From the human T2T-CHM13v2.0 reference genome, Homo sapiens: a stretch of DNA of 64,000 bases. This document shows positions 41,774 through 55,210 of the stretch, in pieces. Numbering within the stretch: position 1 is the stretch's first letter; each line of letters opens with the position of its first letter. Both the position numbers and the translations under genes were made by a program. The stretch lies in the NCBI RefSeq assembly GCF_009914755.1, contig NC_060932.1; one strand, 5' to 3'. A model generated the notes under the pieces. That model made no database searches. It saw only the letters and a list, made by a program, of their open reading frames with translations, and was not told where the DNA came from.

Positions 41774-43011
41774 TTTTATTCTTGATAGAAACCCAAGGAA
41801 TGAGGTTGTAGATGCAACACTTATGTGTCCCTGTGTGTTTTTCCATAACTAAAAGGCAATTTCTTAGCTACTTAGCTGTCTCTTTTTACTGCTACCCATT
41901 TTCCCTTTGAACTTAAAGCTACTTTCAAAATGACGGGGGTGCTGGTGCACAGGAATAAGGAAGGGAGGATGGGGAGGAGTAAATCACAGCAGCCGGAGGA
42001 ACATAAAGGGGAGAAGGTTGGCGGGGAGCTAAGAACCGGGTCTTGTGATAAGATGTGGTAGCAGTGAGGCCACTTTCTAAGCAAGTCATGCTACTAAGCA
42101 ATTGCTACGTGCAGGTCCAAGGCAGAAGATCTATGGTGAAGTCCCGGCTTTGCTTCTGGTTGATTTGGATAATTTTACGCTCATCTGTGTCAGCCTTACC
42201 TGTCATATGGCGGATGTGACACCTGCCTCACAGGGTCGTCGGCACGTGGGTCTTCGGCTTTCTGTGTCATGGTGTGACACGAGGCCTCTGATTTCAGCAT
42301 CACACAGGTTTGGCACATTTGACCTCTGCCTCAGTGATACGTGTTGACGATGACTTACATGTGCATGTAGCGGTGTTTGGTGCAGCTCCATCTCCAGGGG
42401 GCCTGTGCACCACGCCAGGAGAGTGATGGTGCATTTCACTTAGAAAGATGCCTGAAGTTCGTGGTGTGGGGCCCTTATTTCCTTTGATGATCAGAGTCTG
42501 TTCCTGGGTCTGCTGAGATCCAGGAAGGTCACATTCAGTCCTAGGAGAGGGAGTAGCCCCTGGAAGGACATTCCACCCCAAAAGGGCGTTCTGGGAACAG
42601 GGAGGACCAGCAGTGGGATTCCTTCCTCATCTGAATGGAACCACAGAAACTGAAGGGTGGGGTTGGTGCCTCTAGTGAGGCTGGAATGTGGGGATGTGTT
42701 TGGGCACCCAGGGCGGAGCCTGTGTGAGGAGGGCGGCCGCTGTCCGAGCTCCTGCCCACCCAGGGTGGACGGTAGTGCTGAGGGGCAGTGCTGCTTTGTG
42801 GCACAGGAGTGTGGGCCATCTCAGGGCAGCCTGCCAGCCAACCCACCTCACGCTTGTGGGAGGCACCCACCCTAGGTTTTTAAGCAGTGTGCTAACACTT
42901 TCTCTTTGAGAGAAATACTTGTGAAATACTTGTTTAGCCAGTAATAACCCTTATATGTGACCCTTAGGTACTTAGTACCTTTCACATTGGATGATAATTG
43001 CTGTTGCTGCC

Positions 43012-43405
<394 letters not shown>

Positions 43406-45382
43406 TAAACAATTATTTTCATTTAGGGTTCTTTCTCACTATTTGAAACTTTGCCCAGTAATCTTTTGACTTTTACCTACACCATTTATTTTGGTCTGAG
43501 TTTTGACTGCTAAGAAAATACGTCATCAGTAACGTGCTTAGGGTAAGTACTCTGTCTCTGGCAGGTTTTTTTTTTTTTGTGGCTAATTTCATGCAGCCTG
43601 ATATCTTAGGCACTTTCAGCTTCCCATTTACACAGCATGAGTCTGTCTAGTTTGAAGTGGTTACTTGATGGTGTGGCATTGGGAAAAGCCATAAAATTAC
43701 AGATGAAATGGCTTCTTTTTGCACAATTAGAATCTGTCTACCAATACGAGTCAACCTGACTGAAATTGGTGAAGAACGGATGTGTTGTTTTCATGTGAGC
43801 TCACCTCCTTTGAGATGAGTGTTTGGCTGAAGATTCCCCCTCCCCTGGCCTTGGAGAGAGAGCGTGACCAGAGGAAAGGGAAGTGCTGCCATTCTCCCGG
43901 TGTCCTAAGGTGATGAGTTTTCTCTGTTTCTTTGTCCCTCACTGTTCATTCTCTAGGATTTGTCATGGGAAGTACCAGTCTGTCGTCCGTCTGGCTCTGA
44001 CTCGCCCAGAAGCATGGTGTGCTCTGGTGCTAATTTCTCTTTGGTTGGCGATGTCTTGGAGAAAGCCTGGACTGCGGTCAAGGCCCTCAGCTCTGGGACT
44101 AACTCTGTACCTGACAATCTGCTCTAACTCCTCCTCTCAGCAGGGCTCAGCCCATCAGCACGACTGGGGGTGTGAGCTTGCTCTGTGTCCATCCCTTTCT
44201 AACTACTGTTCATGACTTGTAGGTCTTCAAGTGCCATCTCCTCCTCACCCTCCTCTCTCTGGAACATGTGGACTTTCCACAGTGAATCTCATGCTGTTTA
44301 CTCTCCCCACTTCTAATCTTTGCAGCTTTCCTCCGTCTTTTAATTCCTCCAATTTTACTGATTCTTGCAATACTTGACAATTTAATATTGCTCAAAATAC
44401 ATTTTGTACTGAAATGCTGCTTCATATTGTTTTAGTCATTAATTAAAATATTAAGGAAAATATAGGGTAGTTTATCTGGTACACACCATTACACATTTTA
44501 TGCTTGTGGCAATACAGTGATTTTAAAACAATAGCAGATATGAAGTTGTAAGTGCCTAATATGCTGATAATTGGATTTCACACAAAGCTGTTTGCCACCT
44601 ATTGTTTTTGAAGTACATTCTATAAATGAAACTTCATTACACAGTAAATTATTTTTCTGTAATCCTTATTTATGAGACATGCTGTGCTGCAATTTTTTTA
44701 ACCATTGTTTACTAAATTCTGTTGCCATTTTTAACATAATAATCAACTATAAAAAGGTGTAATTGAGTTTTCTTGTCCAATTTGTTTATCAGTGGGTTTT
44801 TAAACTGAGAACAGAGGAGGAAGAAAAATAGCTGGCGGTGATTTATGAATCAGTTCCTTCATCTTATCCTGTGGCTGTTTTCCCACTATGCCAACACATG
44901 CCAGAGCTCAATTTCTGTCTGACACACTTCTAGTTCAGTAATGCAGTTATGTTCCTTAGGGACATGTGTTTACACGGAATTGCAAACTTGATTAGGAGAT
45001 CCTTTGTCAATGTTGACATCTAGAGGTGGCTGTGGTTGGATGTTCGGGTATAATGCCTGTTGGAAAAGGAAGAGCGTACGGCGGGGTGAACTTGAGGCTG
45101 TGAGCTTGGATGGCCACCGTGTAGAAGGCATCGCTGTCATCTCCCGGACTTTCCTCTTCACTTTCTTGGTCGTGACCCTGATTTCTGTTTGTTTGTGCAC
45201 GGTGCCTCCCCGACCTGCCTGGTGCAGCCTGGGTGTGCTGGTGAAGCTCACTCCATTATCCCGCCTGTGGGCGCGAGCAAGTAACCTGATTCAAGTCTGT
45301 GAAACCGGAGAAGGGGCTTCTGGGAAAGAGGTTTCCTCCCTTCTTGGAGACAGCTTCTAGGAGTGTGGATTGCTCCCCTTCC

Positions 45383-45916
45383 TGGGAATGAGCAGGAACT
45401 ATCTGGGGGCCCTGCCAGGGCTCCTGCCGTGGTGAGAGGCCACCAGCTTTCGGATGAAGCTCCCATCAACCTTGGAATGAGCAGGAACTATCTGGGGGCC
45501 CAGCCAGGGCTCCTGCCGTGGTGAGAGGCCACCAGCTTTCGGATGAAGCTCCCATCAACCTTGGAATGAGCAGGAACTATCTGGGGGCTCAGCCAGGGCT
45601 CCTGCCGTGGTGAGAGGCCACCAGCTTTCGGATGAAGCTCCCATCATCCTTGGAATGAGCAGGAACTATCTGGGGGCCCTGCCAGGGCTCCTGCCATGGT
45701 GAGAGGCCACCAGCTTTCGGATGAAGCTCCCATCAACCTTGGAATGAGCAGGAACTATCTGGGGGGCCCTGCCAGGGCTCCTGCCGTGGTGAGAGGCCAC
45801 CAGCTTTCGGATGAAGCTCCCATCATCCTTGGAATGAGCAGGAACTATCTGGGGGCCCTGCCAGGGCTCCTGCCGTGGTGAGAGGCCACCAGCTTTCAGA
45901 TGAAGCTCCCATCAAA
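45383..45916. repeat. Minisatellite, 89-bp unit, ~6 copies
   Basis: aatgagcaggaact at 45387, 45476, 45565, 45654, 45743 and 45833. Confidence 0.98.
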
Positions 45917-46140
45917 GGATATAAGGGGAAGAAAATAAACCACGGCTTCGCTGAGCCATGGGACCAAACTGACTCTGAGGCTCTGCACTTTGCCTTCCTG
46001 GGAGCCAGTAAGTTGCCTTTACTGTTAGGCAAGCGTGAATTGGCTTTTCCTTGACTCTCCGTCAAACACGACATGATTGGCACTGGCCGGAATTCTGGAA
46101 GGACATGGGGTGGTGAGGCTTCCGGACTTCTGCCAAAGCC

Positions 46141-46356
46141 TGTACTGGTCGAGGTTCTCCAGAGAAACGGGATCAGTAGGATGTGTGTGCTCCTCCATCT
46201 CTGCAAGAGGGAGGGAAGGAGAGAGAGATTTAATGCGAGGAAGTGGCTTGCACAATTGCAGGGGCTGGTGAGTCTGAAATCTGCAGGGTGGGCCAGCAGG
46301 CAGGAGACCCAGGGAGGAGTTGGTACTGCAGCGAGGGTTCGAAGGCCGTCTGGAGG
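46141..46356 (-). mobile_element. MLT2 (ERVL) LTR fragment
   Basis: ggttctccagagaaac...gtaggat...tggcttgcacaattg...gtctgaaatctgcagggtgggccagcagg...gagacccaggga. Confidence 0.8.
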
Positions 46357-48449
46357 TGAAGGCCCCATGACCTTCTGCGTGACCTTGTCCCTATGGCAGT
46401 GGGCACGGTTGTCCTGGGGTGTGTCCTGACTGCCCATGGGGGATGGTGAGGGAAATGGAGTTAGCGATGGTGTCTGCGGGAAGTCCCTGCCTCCCAGCCT
46501 CTTGTGTACGGCTTCTCCCTTCTGCCGGCCCCGCCAGACTCTCAGCATCGACTCAGGAGTTCTTCCCAAGAGGAATGTAAAATTGAAGAAAGGGTGGCTG
46601 CGTTGAGCGTGGGAGAAATCAGGTGTGGCATTTTGTGGCAAAGACAGTGTCACTAGAGAAGGTAGTTTTGAGAATGATTTCTTTTGCTGATAATGAGATG
46701 CCTGTGACATTTCAATTAAATCTGTAATTATAGAGTAATATATTATAAACTAATCAAATAGATGAAATTATTAGCTACAGATCCTTGCATTTGGTGTGCT
46801 GAGATTTAATCAAAGCTTTGATAAGGACGGGGATAACAGATTAGCAATCATACGGCATACAGGAGCTAAGTGTTTAAATGGGGTTGAGAAATGAGATCAA
46901 AATTACAACATTCAGCTTTGGAGCATGGGAGCAGCTGAATTCCAGGCACAATAGTGGTTATCCTAATGCACCCATAGTAAAATTCCTATTTAAGTATTTA
47001 GGTATTGATTAGATTAATAGTGCTTTTGAATACATTTATGAGTTTAAAACCTTTGGTAGAGAATCTCTGGTTCTCAAATGAGGAGTGGTTGATGGCTGTG
47101 TGTCGTGTAAGTGACAAAACGTGATAATAGAACACATGTAATTTTTCATAATACCCCGGTATGCTTTGCTATAGCTGCTTCTTAGCTATAATAGAAGACT
47201 TTCTAAATTATATGTTATTTTCAATCAGTAATATCTTTCAACCAACAAAATGCAACATAAAATTGCTATATTTTCTTACCTTATTATATGGTCAAGACAA
47301 AAAACCTATTGTGATCTACAGTTTCTGTTATCTCGTGGATATCCTAGTGGTTTATATTTCCTTTTCAAAACGAAAAAAAAACCAAAATGCTGAGACATTT
47401 TGGGATTGTTAGTTACAGTATTTATGGATATAAATTAGGTGGGTGATATTTGATAAAGTGTTTATATTCATATAAACACTTGTATTTTGTATTACAGAAA
47501 ATATTATGTTGTGATTTAGAAGGTAGATTCTATAATGTCATCTTGTTTCTTTTTATTAGAAAAAGATGCCTCATGTGAAATAGAAACATGAACTCTGCTC
47601 TTCCAGGCACCCTTGAGGTGTGCGTGTCTTAGATTTCTTCAAACCTATTCTTTTATTTTCAAAACTGAGGAATAAACAGGAAGGTAAACTGATATGGAAA
47701 TTATACAGTGTGTTTTAAAGGAGGTGAGGGCCTAGACACTCGCTGATGCTGCTGGCTGAACCCTCCTCCAGGGGCCTGCTCTGCTGAACTTTTTGTCTCT
47801 AGCACAAAAGTGGGGGCACTTCCCTCTTTCCCCAGCTCTGCATTCCGAGTAGAACCAAAGAATCTGGGGTTCTTTCTCCCTCCACTGACTGAGGCTGCAC
47901 ATTTCTCCAGCAGATAAACAGTGAGATGCCTGTTATCCTATGCAACAGCTACCTGCCTCTCAATGTTCTTCTGCCGAATGTTCTGGGGCCCCAGAAGCAG
48001 GACTCCTGTCTGCACTCAGCGTGTAGTGATGAGGATGAATAGATGATAAAAAGTACAGGACATCTAAAGGGAATCATCCCCTTAAAGGAGAAAACATACT
48101 GAATTTTAATTTTAATGGTGACCTCCTATTAAAATAAGCTTAAAGGAGGGACTGGAAAAGAACTCAGAAAAAGATCTAATGTGTCTTTGAAGGAAGGTTT
48201 CAGATTTCTTCTGTAAAATAAGAGCAGGATGCCATAAAAAAGGAAGAATTTTAGAATCACAATTTAGTTTATTTTCCCATCAAAATCAATAGAGGCAGTG
48301 AAAAGTAGAATAGACATTATAACACCTCAGTTTTGGTAACTGAGTTAAGCGACTGGCCCCAGGTTGTGTAGTGCATAAGATCAAATGGACACACTTGGCT
48401 CCAGATGCCATGTTTGCAACACTAGTTTAGCTCTTAGAACATTTCTATT

Positions 48450-48625
48450 CATGTTCTGAGGATTTTACCTGAGTAATTCATTGAATCCTTACAAATAGCA
48501 TATGAAGTAAGTCTTATTATTTTCATGTGCCCATTAGGAAACAGGCATGGAGACTTTATGTAACTATGTCCTGAGGATGTATTACTAGTAAGGGCTGGAT
48601 CCTGGATTCAGACCCTGATTCGGAT
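48450..48625 (-). mobile_element. MIR fragment
   Basis: tcattgaatccttacaa...tatgaagtaag...aggaaacaggcatggaga...ctggattcagaccc resembles the MIR core. Confidence 0.6.
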
Positions 48626-48709
48626 CCCATAAACCAATATGCTATGTGGAACACCTGTAAAACAAGAATAGGTAGTTTTGTAAAATGACCAATTAGAAAT
48701 ACTATGAAC

Positions 48710-48980
48710 GTTGGGAGGCTGAGGCAGGTGGATCACGAGGTCAGGAGATTGAGACCACCCTGGCTAACATGGTGAAACCCCGTCTCTACTAAAAATACAA
48801 AAAAAAAAAATTAGCTGGGCGTGGTGGCAGGTGCCTATAGTCCCAGCTACTCGGGAGGCTGAGGCGGGAGGATGGTGTGAACCTAGGAGGTGGAGCTGCA
48901 GTGAGCTGAGATCATGTTACACCACTCCAGCCTGGCAACAGAGCAAGACTCCGTCTCAAAAAAAAAAAAAAAAAAAAAAA
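48710..48980 (+). mobile_element. 5'-truncated AluY
   Basis: gatcacgaggtcaggagattgagaccaccctggctaac; poly-A; TSD agaaatactat(g/c)aac at ~48695 and ~48980. Confidence 0.93.
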
Positions 48981-49204
48981 GAAATACTATCAACATTATA
49001 GCCCTTGAAATGAAAACTTGGTAGATATTTATAGATCAGATATATCTGAAGAAAACATTAATGAAATAGAAGATTAAGCTAAAGAAATTTCCTAGTGTTA
49101 AGCATAAAAAGAACATGAGAAAGCACAGTTAACGGAGCGGATATATCTGAAAAGCAAAAAAGTAGATCATTAGAAGCTAAAGAAGGAGGTAATAGAAAGG
49201 GGGG

Positions 49205-49537
49205 TGTCGCAGTGCATGTGTGCTGCTACAACCAAATGCTTGAGACTGGTTTCTTTATAAACAGCAGGAGTTTATTTCTCACAGTTCTGGAGGCCACGAG
49301 TCCAAAGTCAAAGTACAGGAGGCTTGGGGTCTGGTGAGGGCTGCTGTCTGCTTGCAGGGTAGTGCCCTGTGTCTGTGTCCTCTGAAGGGAGGAGCACTGT
49401 GTCCTCACTTGGCGGAGGAGCAGAACACCCTGTTCCCTCAAGCCTTTTTAGGAGGGCCTTAGCCCATCTGTGGAGGCTTTGCCCTCATGACTTAAGTTTC
49501 AGCATGTGAATTTTGGAGACCTTTTCAGACCATCACA
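49205..49537 (-). mobile_element. MaLR LTR (MSTD/MLT1A-like)
   Basis: tttatttctcacagttctggaggc...ctggtgagggc...ctgtgtcctcac...gccctcatgactta...gaattttggag...ttcagaccat. Confidence 0.8.
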
Positions 49538-49954
49538 GTGGTCAATCAGTATTTGAGATTAAAATGGCAGATAATTTCCCCAAATTGAGGGAAAATCCTT
49601 TCAGATGGATACGTTGTATCACCTGCTAAGCGGAAATAAAGATAAATTCAATATTCTGATGTATCTCTGTAAAATTTCACTGTGTCCAGGATAACAGCAA
49701 AATCCTAAACAACTTGGTAAAGAAAATATAAATTGGTTATAGATTGGTAAATAATGCCTTAACAATAATACTAGAAGAAGATATTTATTGAATGTCTTGA
49801 ATTCTATCCCTAATGTGCCTATCGTTTGATATTGAGGGCAAATAAAGACATTTTCAGACTTGGCAAGTTAACAGAGGCCATACTGAAAGGAGGACAAGAG
49901 GATACAAAAGAAGAATACTTTGGAGCATGTGTTCTCATTCATCTCATTTTATCT

Positions 49955-52765
49955 CATTTCTTAGATGTAGTAATTGTTTTATAAATTTGGGAGCTTCAGT
50001 GTTAGTTACATATATATTTAGAATTGTGATATTTTCCTGTTGGACTAGTCCTTTTTTCAGTGTATAATGCCCATCTTTGTCTTTTTAAAATGCTGTTGCT
50101 GTAGAGTTTGTTTTATCTGATATAAGAGTAGTTACTCCTGCTTGCTTTTGATGTCCATTTGCATGGAGTATTTCTTCCACCCCTTTATTTTAAGTTTATG
50201 TGAGTCCTTATATGTTAGGTTAGTCTCTTGAAGACAGCAGAAACTTGGTTGGTGAATTCTTATTCATTCTACCATTCTGTATCTTTTAAGTGGAACATTT
50301 AGTACATTTACATTCAATGTTAGTATTGAGATGTGAGATACTATTCCATTCATCATGCTATTTGTTTCCTGAATACCTTGGGTTTTTTTTTTTTTCATTG
50401 CATTGTTGTTATATGTAATAGGTCCTGTGAGATTTATGCTTTAAGGAATTCTACTTTGGTGTATCTCAAGGATTTGTTTCAAGATTTAGAGCTCCTTGTA
50501 GCAGTTCTTATAGTGCTGGCTTGGTAGTGGGGAATTCTCTCAGCATTTGTTTATCTGGAAAAGAGTGTATCTTTCCTTCATTTACGAAGCTTAGTATCAC
50601 TGGATGCAAAATTCTTGGCTGGTAATTGTTTTGTTTAAGGAGGCTAAAAATAGTACCCCAGTGCCTTCTAGCTTTTAGGGTTCCTGCTGAGAAATCTGTT
50701 GATCTGATAGGTTTTCCTTTATAGGTTAGCTGATGCTTTTGCCTCCAGCTCTTAAAATTGTTTCCTTTGTCTTGACTTTGGATAACCTGATGACTATGTG
50801 TCTAAGGTGATGATCTTTTTGTGATGAATTTCCTGGGTGTTCTTTGAGATTCTTGTATTTGGGTGTCTAGATCTCTAGTAAAAACAGGAAGTTTTCTTTG
50901 ATTGTTCCCTCAAATATGTTTTCCAAATGGTTAGATTTCTCTTCTTCTCTGGAAACAATTATTCTTAGGTTTGGACATTTAACACAGTCCCAAACTTCTT
51001 AGAGGCTTTGTTCATATTGAGTGGATCACAAGGTCAGGAGATCGAGACTATCCTGACTAACACGGTGAAACCCTGTCTCTACTAAAAATACAACAAAATT
51101 AGCCTGGCGCGGTGGTGGGCGCCTGTAGTCCCAGCTCCTCAGGAGGCTGAGGCCGGAGAAAGGTGTGAACCTGGGAGGCGGGGCTTTCAGTGAGCCAAGA
51201 TCGCGCCGCTGCACTCCAGCCTGGGCGACACAGCGAGACTCCGTCTCAAAAAAAAAAAAAAAAAGAAAGTTATCTTTTCTTTGTCTTTGATGGGCTGGGT
51301 TAATTTGAAAGCCTTGTCTTAAGCTCTCAAGTTCTTTCTTCAGTTTGTTCTATTCTATTGCTGAGACTTTCCAGTGCATTTTGCATTTCTCTAAGTTTGA
51401 ACTTGATTTCCAGAAGTCATCATTGTTTTTTATTTATGCTATCTATTTCACTGAAGAAGGTTTCTTTCATATACTGTATTATGTTTCTTCATTTCCTTAA
51501 GTTGGACTTCACCTTTCTCTGCTGCGTCCTTGATTAGCTTAATAATTGACCTGAATTATTTTTCTGGCAATTCAGAGATTTCTTCTTGGTTTGGATCCAT
51601 TGCTGGTGAGGTAATATGATCTTTTGGGGGTGGTAAATAACCTTGTTTTATCCTGTTACCAGAATTGTTTTTCTGGTTCCTTCTCATTTGGGTAGACTAC
51701 ATCAGAGGGAAGATCTGGGATTCAAGCGCTGCTGTTCAGACTCTTTTCTCCCACGGGGTGCTACCTTGATGTGGTGTTCTCCCCCTTCCCTTAGGTATGT
51801 GGCTTCCTGAGAACCAAACTGTAGTGATTGTTTTTGCTCTTCTGGGTCCAGCCACCCGGTGGAGCTACTAGGCTCTGAGCTGGTGCTGGGGGTGTCTGCA
51901 GAGTCCTGTGATGTGATTTTTGTCTTAAAGTCTTGCAGATGTGGATACCAGCACCTGCTCCGGCGGAGGGGGCAGGGGAATGAAATGGACTCTGTGAGGG
52001 TCCTTGGTTGTGTTTTTGTTTAGTGTGATGGTTGGCCTCCAGCCAGGAGGTGGTGCTTTCAAGAGTGCATCAGCTGTGGTCCCATAGGGAGGAAGCAAAC
52101 TTGCCCTAGGGTGTACCTGGTTAAATATTCAGGTTTCTCGGGCAGTGGGCAGGGCCATAGAGCTCCCAAGATATTATGACCTCTGTTTCAGGTACCAGGG
52201 TGGGTAGAGAAAGACCACCAGGTGAGGGGCAGGGACAGGCATGTCTGAGCTCAGACTCTCCTTGGGTGGGGCTGGCTGCAGCTGCTGTGGGGGATGGACA
52301 TGTGGTTTCCAGGCCAATGAAGTTATATTCCCAGGGGGATTCTGGCTGCCTCTGCTGAGTCACACAGGTCGCTAGGGAAGTGGGGGAAAGCTGTCAGTGA
52401 CAGACCTCACCCCACTCCCATGCAGCCCGCTGTCCTAAAGGTTGGTCTAACTCCCACCGTGCCCCACCAACAGTACCGAGTCTATTTCCAGGCAGCCAGT
52501 AACCCCCTGAGAATTTTCCCTGGAACTTTCCCTGAACCACGAACCTCCCCATTGAGAAAGCACAGACTCACGGTTTTTCTGCATTTCAGGGAGCCTGCAG
52601 CACTGATCTAGTTCCTTCCAAGGGTCTATGGATTCTCTTGGCTTTCCTAGTATGTTCCTGCCGTAGTTCTTGGGGCAAAAGTTAATGACGTGAGTCTCTA
52701 CATGCTGCTCTGTACATCCGAGTGGGAGCTGCAAGTTAGTCCTGCCTCCTATCTGTCATCTTAAT
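49955..52765 (-). mobile_element. L1PB (L1PBa) 5' portion: 5' UTR, ORF1 and start of ORF2; 3' part missing
   Basis: - strand start aagatgacagataggaggcaggactaacttgcagctcccactcgg matches the recalled L1PBa 5' end; decayed ORF1/EN-like sequence extends to ~49955. Confidence 0.85.
51020..51264 (+). mobile_element. 5'-truncated AluY inside L1PB
   Basis: gatcgagactatcctgactaacacggtgaaacc; poly-A tail. Confidence 0.93.
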
Positions 52766-52799
52766 CCTCTCTGCTGTTTAAAAGAACATGTGCAAACTG

Positions 52800-55210
52800 T
52801 GCTGAGAATAGGAAACTTGTGGCAAGATTTATAAAGAAAATAAAGAGAAAATTCAAGAGTATACAGTTAGTGAAAAATGTTATAGAATCATAAAGTTAGA
52901 AGAAATAGAAGATGATCTGTAGAAATTTTTGCTGAGAAATTTGAAAATCAAGATAAATGATTTGTTTTCTTGGTGACTATAAATGATATAAATTGATTCA
53001 ACAAAACTTAGAAAAATTTAATGGAGCAGTAACCATGGAAAAACTAAAAATTTTCATAGATGTCTTTTTACAAGAGGAACTGGCTCAGATATTTTATAGG
53101 TAAACTCTTTAAAACCTTTTAGGAAATGATCATTTTATGTTATCTCAGACTAATAAGCATCAGTCTCATTTAATGACTGAATCCAGAATTTGATAAGTAT
53201 CACAGAAAAGGGCTGACCTTATTTAAGAATATATAAATTTGCTACCCAAAATGTTAGCCAGTTGAATCTAGTTCGATGTTAAGTATGAGCGTAAGCTTTG
53301 CCTCATAAGTGCAATGTTATTTTAATAATAGTATCTCTATGTAGTAATGCATAAGATAAGGATATTTAAAAAACCCCTCATGACTATATCAATAGATATC
53401 GTAGGACCTTTAAGCAACATAGCAGCCGTCTGTGATAGAAATTCTAAGTGAAAGAGAAATGGCAGGAAACTTCCGTGAAACAGGTCAAGATATGATCAGA
53501 AACTCAACAGGTGCAGGAGTAAGTGGGAAAATGCTAAAGTATGGAGCAAAGCGGCAATGCCACAGTCATTACTATTATTCCATTTCTTCTGAAGTCTCTA
53601 CTATCTTGGGAAAATATATGAGAAAAGATATTGGGAATCAAGAGACTTATTTTCATTGGAAAATGATAAAGACTATACAAAATCCATAAGATAATTAGTA
53701 ACGTTGGGCATGGAGAACAAATATGAGATCAATGAATGAACATTATTAACTGTACTGTGCATGACAGAGTAGTGGAAAAGTAGGCGCATCCTCAGAAAGA
53801 ATAAGCCTCACAAAATATATTGGAATGAAACAGGAATGTGTAAGATTTATAGGAAAAACAATGAAACACCTGGGAGGTACGTAAAACATCATCAAGTACT
53901 TGGTGTGGAGTGGTGCTTGCGTGGCTGACTCGGCATGGAAATGTGGCACTTCATGGAAGTGGTGACTGTGGATTATATCATTTCCATGCGAACCCTTTCC
54001 TGTTTGGATTGGTCATGAAAGTGGGAATAGGGGAGTGGATTACGTGGTAATGAAGTTAACCTATAAGAACAAATTCACAAGATTGTTCAATAAGATGTGT
54101 TAGAGAAAAAAATGAACCATGAGAGTTCTTGTCTACTAAGAGAAACACACTAGTGCTGTAGGAGATAAATCAATCTGTAGAACAAACTGTTTTATGTGGG
54201 TAACATTTTCAAGTTAGTCAGGAAAATATGGATTCTTCAGTAAATTTGTTGGGATAACTGATTATCCATTGGAGAAAAAATTCATTTCCATCTCACAACA
54301 CAACAAAGTTTTAAACATGTTAAATATGTAATCATTAAAGATAGTTACTGAAAGTCTAACAGAAAATTTAGTACAATATGTTTTTTAAATTGTGGAATTG
54401 GGAAGATCTTTTAAATCACAGAAACAGTGAAGGAAGGAACTGATAGATTTGGACACATGCATATGAAACCCTTCTAAACTGTTGAAAGATATCATTAATG
54501 GGGCTAATAGGCAAATGACAAACTGAAAAAACATTTGCAATGTGTAGAATAGATAAGCATCCGGCATATGTAAAGAGTTCCTCGAAAGCAATGAAAAATT
54601 TATCCCCCAAAAGAAAAAAACTAAGAAACAGTTTACACAGAAATTTGTTTGCTCAATAATCACATTAAAAGGTCCCCAGACTCTAGGAAAACAGTGAGAA
54701 ACTATTTTTTTCCACCAGAGGCAAAAGCAAGAAGATTGTTGATATGTGGCAATGTAAATGGAAACCAATGTTTTAGTAGCATTTTGGGCTCATGTGCATA
54801 TCCTTTGACTCAGTAATTCTGTCTAGAAACCTATCTGCATAAACTCACATAATGAGAAGCATTAAAAAATGTATGCAGAATTCTTAGGAAATGGGAAAAT
54901 TGGAGATAACCTAAATACTCAAGAGTAAGGGATTTGTGGGGCTAAAATAATTGTGATTGTTTCAGGCCAGGAAGATGTAGTTCTGTCTGTACCGATATGG
55001 AGAAATGTTAATATATTAATAGGAAGTGGATAAGTCTTGAAGAGCAGAATGTGAATTCTAGAACGGTGGAGAGTTGAACAGTAAGTGCCTGGAAATGAAT
55101 AGGCAATTTAGACTGACAGTCACATAAAATGTACGTTAACTGCTTACAGGAAACCAACGGTTGATTTTCAGTTTGTTTATTATTTTATAATGAATATTTC
55201 CCAAATGTGC
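52800..55210 (+). mobile_element. Very old + strand L1M ORF2/3' remnants (probably the same element as remnants at ~48000-49900)
   Basis: A-rich decayed L1-like sequence, e.g. tcaatagat...ctttaagcaa, tgttgggataactgattatccattggagaaaaaa, atatcctttgactcagtaattct. Confidence 0.6.

Noticed and set aside
41223-41852. Hydrophobic 209-aa and 179-aa ORFs resembling membrane proteins
   Set aside because: Translation of the 32-bp pyrimidine VNTR.
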